Shown here: positions 54,498-64,000 of the stretch, one piece after another
Position numbering within the stretch: position 1 is the stretch's first letter
Layout of the letters: each line of letters opens with the position of its first letter
Assembly: GCA_951406725.2 (NCBI GenBank)
Contig: OX597818.1
Location: 20,584,001 to 20,648,000, forward strand
Direction: 5' to 3'
From: Octopus vulgaris
Taxonomy: Eukaryota
DNA length: 64,000 nt
The notes under the pieces: model-generated
The model's database searches: none
The model's input: the letters and a program-made list of their open reading frames with translations, nothing else
Told to the model about the DNA's origin: nothing
Program-made: the position numbers and the translations under genes

Positions 54498-54640
54498 TAA
54501 ATATGCATAAACGTATAACCATACGTGTCCGTTTGTGTGAGTATGTATGTTTATATAGCTATGTGGTGTCTTTATATCTATATATATACATTTATATGTA
54601 TATATGTGTGTGTGTATGTATGTATATATGCATGTATGTA

Positions 54641-54746
<106 letters not shown>

Positions 54747-54854
54747 TATATATGTGTATATATATATAGAGAGAGAGAGAGATACACACACACACAGAAA
54801 TACTGACGCACATATGTATGTATGTATATATATATATATACATACATATAAACA

Positions 54855-54905
<51 letters not shown>

Positions 54906-55214
54906 TAGAGTTTGTTGATTCAAATCTTTACATCTGTTGTAGCCTTGTGGAACTTCTTCAACGTGTTCTTTGCACAAATGTAGTTTGGGATCGTATTCCT
55001 CTTGGAGTTCAGTCTTTTTCTACACGAATAAGTACACATGGCGCTATTCGATGAGCATTTACACTGGTTCCGCCTACCAAATCTGAACCAAAGACATCAG
55101 AAAAAGCGCAACGCTCAAAATTGTCATTGACCAGGATCGAAATCAAGATGCACCTGGTTTCGGAACAAACTTCTTAACCACTGCCGCCACACGCAAACAC
55201 GCGAACACGTAGCG

Positions 55215-55415
55215 TGTTTTTCTTGTTTCGGTCATTCAACTGAGGCCATGCTGGAGCACTACCTTCAAGAGTTTAGTCGTACAAATCGACCACAGGACAT
55301 ATTTTTTTTTTAAAGTCTAGTTCATATTCTATTGTGATCTTCTGTTGAACTACTAAGGTACGTGAACGTAAATAAATACCGGTTGTCAAGCGGCGGAGAA
55401 AGAACAAACAGAAAT
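55215..55415 (-). mobile_element. SINE family A, 3' half
   Basis: Tail homology. Confidence 0.75.
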
Positions 55416-55421
55416 GCACAA

Positions 55422-55459
<38 letters not shown>

Positions 55460-55487
55460 GCACATACATATACATACATACACACAC

Positions 55488-55530
<43 letters not shown>

Positions 55531-55533
55531 CAT

Positions 55534-55691
55534 AGACGTAGGAGTGGTTGTGAGGTAAGTAGCTTGCTTACGAACCATATGGTTCCGGGTTCAGTCCCAC
55601 TACGTGGTACCTTGGGCCGACCAAAGCCTTGTGAGTGGATTTGGTAGACGGAAACTGAAAGAAGCCCGTCGTATATATGTATATATGTATA

Positions 55692-55727
<36 letters not shown>

Positions 55728-55918
55728 TTGTACGTCTGTGTTTGTTCCCCCAACATCGCTTGACAACCGATGCTGGTGTGTTTACGTCCCCGTAACTTAG
55801 CTGTTCAGCAAAAGAGACCAATAGAATAAGTACTATGCTTACAAAGAATAAATACTGGGGTCGATTTGCTCGACTAAAGGCGGTGTTCAAGCATAGCCAC
55901 AGTCAAAAGAGTAAAGAG
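55534..55918 (+). mobile_element. SINE family A
   Basis: Head to tail homology. Confidence 0.9.
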
Positions 55919-56251
55919 AGTATACACGATGCGCTTCCACGCAGTTTCTGTTCATCAAATTCCCTCGTGGCACTGATCGGACCAGTGTTATAGTAGAAGA
56001 CACTTGGCTAAGGTGCCAGGCAGTTAAACTGAAGACGAAACCACGTGGTTACAAAGCTTCTTAAACACTCAGCCCTGCCTGTGCCAAATATATTTAAGGG
56101 TTTCTTTCTTTATATATTAATTTAGAAGTTTGTAAATCTTGTTTCAAAAATTTTGACCCTTTCAAAATTAAATGGAAGGCATCACACTGGCTGAAATAAA
56201 TTTTTTAGATAAATATATTTGAGTCTTTGACACTTTTAATTCCTCTGTGTG

Positions 56252-56323
<72 letters not shown>

Positions 56324-56587
56324 CACGTACAAGTGAACACGTACAAGTGTACATCGCAACCAGATCCACTTTCCATGGTCGTTGTAGTGATCCATATCTA
56401 TAAGCCAGTGTCCTCCATGACCAGCTGGAAACTATTACATATGTTTACATTATACATGTGTGTGTGTGTATACATACATGCATACATACATATATATGTA
56501 CAGACCCGCCCATACACTGACTCTAAATGCTTACATATACACCTACATACATTCACAACTACTCCTTTGATACTTTTGATATTTCAT

Positions 56588-57230
56588 TGAAGAAACCTTG
56601 GATCTAGGTTAGAAACCAGCTCTTTCTCCATCTGCAAGAAATAAAACTAAGTAATAGCATACATACCTGCATAAATACACATATACGTACGTACGTACCT
56701 ACCTACCTACCTACCTACATACATACATACATACATACATACATACATACATACATACATACATACATACATACATACATACATACATACATACATACAT
56801 ACATACATACATACATACATACATACATACATACATACATACATACATACATACATACATACATACATACATACATACATACATAAATACATACATACAT
56901 ACATACACGAGAAAGCTAATTCGAAGACTACAGATCCAATCAGTTACTAGAATTGTAAAAATCTGTAAAACTTTCCAGAAGTTTAGCACTGAAATACATA
57001 TGCTCATGTCTAGATATGCAACTATATGCATGAGAGTACATACATAAAGCAAAACATACAAATCTGCACATATACATACATACATACATACATACATACA
57101 TACATACATACATACATACACACATTATATACATACAAAAATATCCTGTTGATGTTGAATTTCCAATGAAGGAGCCTTGGATCTAGGTTACAAACTGGCT
57201 CTTTCTCCATTGGCAAGAAATCTTGAAATA
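56588..57230 (+). mobile_element. RLE-type LINE 3' ends in tandem within (CATA)n arrays
   Basis: Tail at 56588-56660; RKLIRRLQIQSVTRIVKICKTFQKF plus UTR at 56908-57230. Confidence 0.8.
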
Positions 57231-57356
57231 CATACATACATACATACATACATACATACATACATACATACATACATACATACATACATACATACATACA
57301 TACGTACGTACGTATGCACGAGTTCTCTGTGTATAGATAGATAGATATATAGCTAA

Positions 57357-57437
<81 letters not shown>

Positions 57438-57789
57438 CAGATAGATAGTGTGTGAATGCCTGCACGTTTGCGTAGATATGTGTATGTAGATAGGAAGAGA
57501 AAAATACACAGACCGATAGATCGATCGATAGATAGATGCATACATGCATACATACATGCATACATACATGCATACATACATACATACATACATACATACA
57601 TGCATGCATGCATACATACATACATACATACATACATACATACATACATACATACATACATACATACATACATACATACATACATACATACATACATACC
57701 TATATAAGCAATATGTATACTGCTGTGTGTGTGAGAGAGAGGGAGAAGGAGAGTTAGTATGTAGATAGAAGACATGAAGTTAATTATTG

Positions 57790-58220
57790 GCTTCAAATTT
57801 TTGCACAAGGCCAGGAATTTCGGAAACGGGGTAAGTCGACCCCCGACAGTATTTGAACTCATAACGTAAAGTCGGAATAAATGCCACTAAGCGTTTTGTC
57901 TGGCTCGGTAACAACTCTGCCAGCTAATCGCTTTCATCAAGTTAATTATTACAAAGACAAACGTGTAGCTATACAAATTTGAACCTGATGAATTATGTAA
58001 CATTGTGTAAGGCAGTAAGCTGGCAAAATCGTTAGCAAGCGGACAAGGTGTTAAGCGATATTTCTTCCGACTTTATGCTCTGTGTTCAAATCCCACCGAG
58101 GTCAACCTTGTCTTTCATCTTTTCAGGATCGATAAAATATGTAACAGTCAAGCACTGGGGTCGAAGTAATCGACTAGCCCCTCCCACCAAAATCGCAGCG
58201 TTGTACCTATAGTAGAAAGA
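57790..58220. mobile_element. Head-to-head SINE family B pair
   Basis: Minus copy at 57790-57935 and plus copy at 58009-58220. Confidence 0.75.
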
Positions 58221-58777
58221 ATTAAAATAGGTCAGTCCAATCCTGAACTAAAGTTATCTCCTCCCCCTAAAAAAAAAAATTTTTTTAAATGCCCGCCTAG
58301 GTTTCTTTTCACAGTGAGACTAAATTACATTCGCATATAAATCCATATATTTATCATTCTATACATTTATCACCCGCTGTTATTGTATCCTTGTAGTTAT
58401 TTGAACAATTATTCGTCATTCGAAACAGAGGGTTCCTACTTCACTATTCTGAAATTTTTTTTTGTATCTGTCACGATTTTCAAAGCAACTGAACTTCGTG
58501 TTATAAATGGAAAGCTTTGTTTAACGACGCACTGAAGGAGCATAATTATTCCAATGAATGAACTCAAATGCATGTATCAAAGAATTTTATTTTTTCTTGA
58601 CAATATATCCAAATGCATTGATGTCAATTATGTCATTTGTATTTCCCTCAGTTAATAACTGGTTTAATCCCCTAAAATGACGGTATTAGTGTAAGATCAT
58701 CGATTTAATTCCATCAAACAATTTACCAGCCTTTCCTGTGTTGAGCAGGCCTTTTATCAGTTCATCATTAACATGTT

Positions 58778-58813
<36 letters not shown>

Positions 58814-58866
58814 TGTTTATGCTTGTGTATGTATATACTCATATTCACACATATATCACATGTATA

Positions 58867-58929
<63 letters not shown>

Positions 58930-58940
58930 TGTGTGTGTGT

Positions 58941-59250
58941 GGAAAAAAAGTCAAATTAGAAAATGCTAAAATAATTTTATAAAAAACATTTCAGTACCGG
59001 TTTCAATCATTGAGACTTTTTCAACTGTAACAATTAAATAATTAAATTTAGAAAAATTAGAAGAAAAGTTTTTTTAAAAGAATATTTTTATAGTGTTCAA
59101 ATACAAGTGGTATTTTCCTTGTTTCTGCCTGTCTCTGTCTCTCTTGTTTACTCTTGTGGGTTCGAGGTCCTTGTGAATTCTTGGTAGGAAAGAGGAGAAG
59201 AAAAAGAAGGAGGAGGAGGAGGAGAAGGGGAAGAAGAAGAAGAATTTCAT
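58941..59250 (-). mobile_element. Penelope-like pLTR (U3-A8 family), hammerhead at about 58992-59027
   Basis: CAG TTGAAAA AGTC-TCAAT-GATT GAAA CCGG TA CTG. Confidence 0.7.
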
Positions 59251-59725
59251 ATATATATATATATATATATATCCATATTCATATATGCGTGTGTATGTAT
59301 GTATGTTTATGAATATGTGTACACACGCACATTTCTGTATGTATAATTAAAACTGAAACTTAGAATGGCAACTGGCACAAATTTGAACAACAAAGTCAAA
59401 TATAAAGGTATATTAAATGTCGCACAAAAGAAATTCTTCATTTATCAAAATTATCTTCGCTTTCAGAGAAATTAAAGCAAACGCCTAGTGGCAGTTGCGA
59501 GCAACCCTAAATCAACAGGAGAGATAAGTTCGAGAATTTTAAAAAACCCACTGCGAAACTGGTATTCCATTAAGTAAAAGGTGTATGTATTTATGAATGT
59601 ATGTACGTATGTATGCATGTATGTATATGTTTGTATGTATGTATGTATGTATGTATGTATGTATGTATGTATGTATGTATGTAGGTAGGTAGGTAGGTAG
59701 GTAGGTAGGTAGGTAGGTACGCTGA

Positions 59726-59948
59726 AGGCGGCGAGCTGGCAGAATCGTTAGCATGCCGGGCAAAATGCGTAGCCGTATTTTGTCTGCCGTTCAAATTCCG
59801 CCGAGGTCGACTTTGCCTTTCATTCTTTCGGGGTCGATAAATTAAGTACCAGTTACGCACTGGGGTCGATGTAATCGACTTAATCCGTTTGTCTGTCCTT
59901 GTTTGTCCTCTCTGTGTTTAGCCTCTTGTGGGTAGTAACGAAATAGGT
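59726..59948 (+). mobile_element. SINE family B
   Basis: Near-consensus copy. Confidence 0.9.
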
Positions 59949-60658
59949 ACACTGAAGGGTGGTTTTCGTTGGACATACTGCAGGCTGAACAACAAAATCT
60001 GTCAAAGGGCATATGAACTCAGTAGAGTTAACGGCCATCCAACAGTTGGGAGTGAGAGACCCCTAGTCTTTATATTGACATGTCTCTAGGTGAAGGAAAT
60101 TCCGAAATGCTCCCACCTCATTGTGCAGCCGGATGTCTTGCTCTTGTTCGTTTCTGCACTATTTGACTTTATAGGTGAGAGTTTTAACGGTGTTGTCCAA
60201 TCGGTTATTGACTTTATATTTCATTACAGGCATCGCTGGCAGCCATTCCTTTAACAACTTGGTTAGGATATTCTGTAAGTGATGGCCACACTCGTCTACA
60301 AGTCGACAGTCACCTTATATGTATGTACGAATATACATACATACACACAATTTCTATACTCTGATTATAGACGTATTTATACCGATAATTATTGGTGTAA
60401 ATTGGTGGTGCTTATAAACGTTTATATGACAATTTCGTATAGCTAGAGTTTTTAAAGAAAGAAACAGATTGACCAACACGCTTTTTTTTCTTCTTATTAA
60501 TAAATACAATCTGTAAGTGAAACAGTAAATATGTGCAAGAATTTACTGAAGTTCCACATGTAACACATTCTGGTTATCTGAGTTCCAGCGTTAGAAACCT
60601 GCTCTTTCGTTATAGGAAGAATTCAAATAATTAAAAGAGAAACACTCACACACACACA

Positions 60659-60712
<54 letters not shown>

Positions 60713-61058
60713 CACGCACACACGTACAGGCGGTAGATAGATGTACATAGATAAAAATATGGACACACATACATATAAATACTCATACACGGACACGCTC
60801 ACATAAGCATATTACGACAGCTAAATTCAACAATAAGGTTCGCCGATTTGTTGACGTATTGATCAGTTGATCTTTATTGTATTCATATATTTATCTATTT
60901 ATGTAAATGATTATTACTGGATCCCATTGTATGCGTATAAAAACGTTCACACACACACACACATAAGGAAGTATATGTGTCTACATACATACATACATAA
61001 ATATATACATATAAAAATATACGTGTGTGTGTATATAAATAAATATACATATGCGTGT

Positions 61059-61117
61059 AAGTTAGACATGGCCTGGACCAATCTTTGGTCGAAACATATC
61101 TAAGTTTATCTAAGTTT
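61059..61117 (+). mobile_element. Isolated LINE 3' terminus (same family as 27811)
   Basis: AAGTTAGACATGGCCTGGACCAATCTTTGGTCGAAACAT(ATCTAAGTTT)2. Confidence 0.8.
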
Positions 61118-61431
61118 ATATACATGCATATATATACCTATATGCATGAATGCATATACATACATATTTATATGCATGCTGTGATTAGAGTATACACGGT
61201 TTGAGTTGAAGGTGTCTTCATTACTGAATTTAAGTGACTAATAAGTGAAATTATATAAACACATACATGTAAATACGCGCTTACACCTAAGTACGTATTT
61301 ATGTGTGCATGCCAGAATGTATGTACGTATGCATATATGTATGTATTGCGTGCGCGAACTTGGATGTGGATGTAAGTGTGTGTTTGTGTGAATGATTGTG
61401 TTCCGTTTATATATTTTTCTTTATTTATGTG

Positions 61432-61712
61432 CCCTTTTCAAGCCTAGCCAGGCTCATGTGCGTGGTTTCCCGGTTTCTATGGCGTATGTGTTCCCCTCAG
61501 CTGGACGGGACGCCAGTCCATCGCAGCGTTACTCAAGAAACAGGAAGAAAGAGTGAGAGAAAGTTGGGGGCGAAAGAGTACAACAGGGGTCACCACCACC
61601 CCCTGCTGAGCTTCGTGGAGCTTTAGGTGTTTTTGCTCACCCGGTCTGGGAATCGAAACCGTAATCCTCCGACCGCGAGTCCGCTGCCCTAACCACTGGG
61701 CCATTGCGCTTC
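61432..61712 (-). mobile_element. SINE family C
   Basis: Head and tail homology to the 27185 copy. Confidence 0.88.
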
Positions 61713-62084
61713 CTTTCGTTTATATACGCACATACAAATAAATACGGTTTTATTTACTGTGTCTACCAAGATTCTATGTTCGGTCTACTTCTCTTCAACA
61801 ATTTGCTTAAACAGCTGCACACATGACATCAATCCCAGCAAAATATATACTTTCACAGAAGTCTCTTTACTTCGGAAAGTTATCGAATGGTTATTTCACT
61901 GGTTTAAAACTCTAACTTGACTTCAGCATTTTTCGGTGTCTCCGTCTGCAGCAAAATGTACACCAAAATCTGATAGTTGCTTCCATTATATGAATCTATG
62001 TCATTGGACATACTTCATGTTAATTTTATCAGCCACACTCTTCCGTGTTCGCTTAGGGATTGTTGGAAGAGGATATTAACTTTG

Positions 62085-62325
62085 GAGTTTTCCTTCTAAC
62101 CTAGACTGATTGGTTTCCCCGCAGCTAAGAAGCACTATCTACCCTTACAAAAATCTATTGAACTCACACATGGGGCCCTTACAGGCGCTACCGTTCAGGG
62201 TCAGAACGGACCTGGGAATAATGGTAAATAAGAGGTGATTCTGCGCTCCCTACATCTCTAAAACTACCGAACTGGAGCCTCACCACTGGTTGCAGTTTAA
62301 TGTCATACCCAGGACATTGATATTT
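62085..62325 (+). mobile_element. Interspersed repeat, possibly an RTE-type 3' end; related to about 29525-29740
   Basis: Shared GCCTCAC.AC.GG.TGCAGT.TAA.GTCATAC.CA.G.CA terminus. Confidence 0.5.
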
Positions 62326-63039
62326 TAAAAGTGAGTGTGAAACAGAACAGTACGTTGCTGAAAACGAGGAAATATTTTAGTCCATCCAAATCCGATATCA
62401 GACTTAAGAAATATTGTCGACAGCAACCTCATCTGGAGCATCTTAATGTCATCAATGAAGCGGTGGAAATACTGCTAAGCATATCAGGGATATTCAGCGT
62501 GACACGGAATGTGTCATGGTTGACCCATAGAAATACAGGTCCAAACTCATTTTTGTCAGCTGAGTGAACTGGAGCAACGTGAAATAAAATGTCTTGCTCA
62601 ATGATACAACGCGTTGCCGGGAATTGAACTCACGACTTTACGATCTTGAGCTGAATACTGTAACCACTAAGCCACGCACCTTCACTGGATCAGAGCTGAC
62701 CTGGAGCTAGACAACAATTTTTTTTTCTAATTTAGGCACGCGGCCAGCAATTTTGAGGGGAAAAGCAAGTCGATTACGTCGATTTCAGAGCTCAATTGTA
62801 ACTTATTTTATCTACCCCTAAACGACGAAATACAAAGTAAACTTCGTCAGCATTTGAACCCAGAACGTAAAAGGCTGGGGGGAAAAATGCTGGCTGCTGA
62901 GCACCCCACACCTCGACTCGCTAACGATTCCGGCAACTCGCTAAACAACTACGGTGCACAACTGCTATTACCATAGTTACAATAACAACCACCACCAATG
63001 ACACCGATACCTCCACCATTACTACTATTAAATAGTAGT

Positions 63040-63051
63040 AGTATTTGTTTT

Positions 63052-63101
<50 letters not shown>

Positions 63102-63872
63102 TCAACCTCGACTACTACAACCCAAACTGTCACTAGAATTAAAATCACCCTAATCCCCTCACCCCATCTCTATCTTGTGGGAGACACCATCATACCCGTC
63201 ATCAACGCCGCCACAATCAAAACAACCACTATAACCAGAACCACAACCACAACCACAATCAATACCACCACTACTACTACCACCTCTGTCGCCACCAGTG
63301 ACGCCTTACTCGCAATACCTAAGGCTTATTCTTGTCTTCCCCATCACCATCATCATCATCATCATCATCAGTACCGTCTCCGCCGTCACGACTACGTACG
63401 TACTCCTCAATTTGTCCCAGATACCCGACTGTCAATCATATCTCGCAGTTTTATACGGGTGACCCTGTAGTAGGGTGTTTGTATGGGTGTGGGTGGAAGG
63501 AAGAACAGAAAGAAAATAACAGGGTCGGTGGAGGTTGCCGCTTCTACGTTTTCTGCAGTTGTTGTTGTTGGTGGTGGTAGTGGTGGCTGTAGTGGTGGTG
63601 GTGGTGGTCGTCGTCGTCGTTGTCGTTCTAGTTGTGGTGATGATAATGATAATGATAATGATGATGATTGTAGTAGTGGTGGTGGTGGTGGTGGTGGTGG
63701 TGGTGGCGCCGGCGACAGAGGCCACGGTGAAGCTTAAACTCATTGTTGATTTTAGCTAGATGTCAATGCTAATGTGTTGGGCAGGGCGGTGGTTATTGTG
63801 GTGAGGGTATTGTGGTTGTGGTTGGAGGGGGAGGTGGTGTTGGAGGTAGCGATTGTAGTGCCGGCGGTAGTG

Positions 63873-63937
<65 letters not shown>

Positions 63938-63965
63938 GATGGCAGTGGAAGAAATGGTGACGACG
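63040..63965. repeat. Compound trinucleotide low-complexity region
   Basis: (TAG)n, (CAT)n, (GGT)n, (GAT)n. Confidence 0.9.
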
Positions 63966-64000
63966 AGGACAATGAGTCAGTCGTATCATATAAAAAGTAT

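Overview
AT-rich, microsatellite-saturated eukaryotic DNA that looks intergenic or intronic. The repeat types resemble a coleoid cephalopod such as Octopus (inference from memory of repeat families; no search was run). No intact host protein-coding gene is recognisable, and almost every ORF in the track is a microsatellite artefact. Supported content: (1) the 5' half of an APE-type LINE with a Myb/SANT + tandem-CCCH ORF1, plus 3' ends of related LINEs. (2) Several tRNA-derived SINE families, one sharing its 3' stem-loop with those LINEs. (3) Fragments of a restriction-like-endonuclease (R4/Dong-type) LINE at (CATA)n arrays, one with a twin-priming-type 5' inversion. (4) Decayed hAT, mariner (D34D), maT (D37D) and pogo/Tigger transposases, several MITEs and a non-autonomous Helitron. 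The most notable signal is a set of short elements in (TA)n arrays, often as foldbacks, each carrying a minimal type I hammerhead ribozyme fold. Across families the core 3-8 pair covaries (C3-G8, U3-A8, G3-C8) and one family has A6U. One copy is joined to a GIY-YIG C-terminus, which ties them to Penelope-like retroelements. Folds were identified by eye and activity is untested. Repeat boundaries are approximate unless stated as exact.
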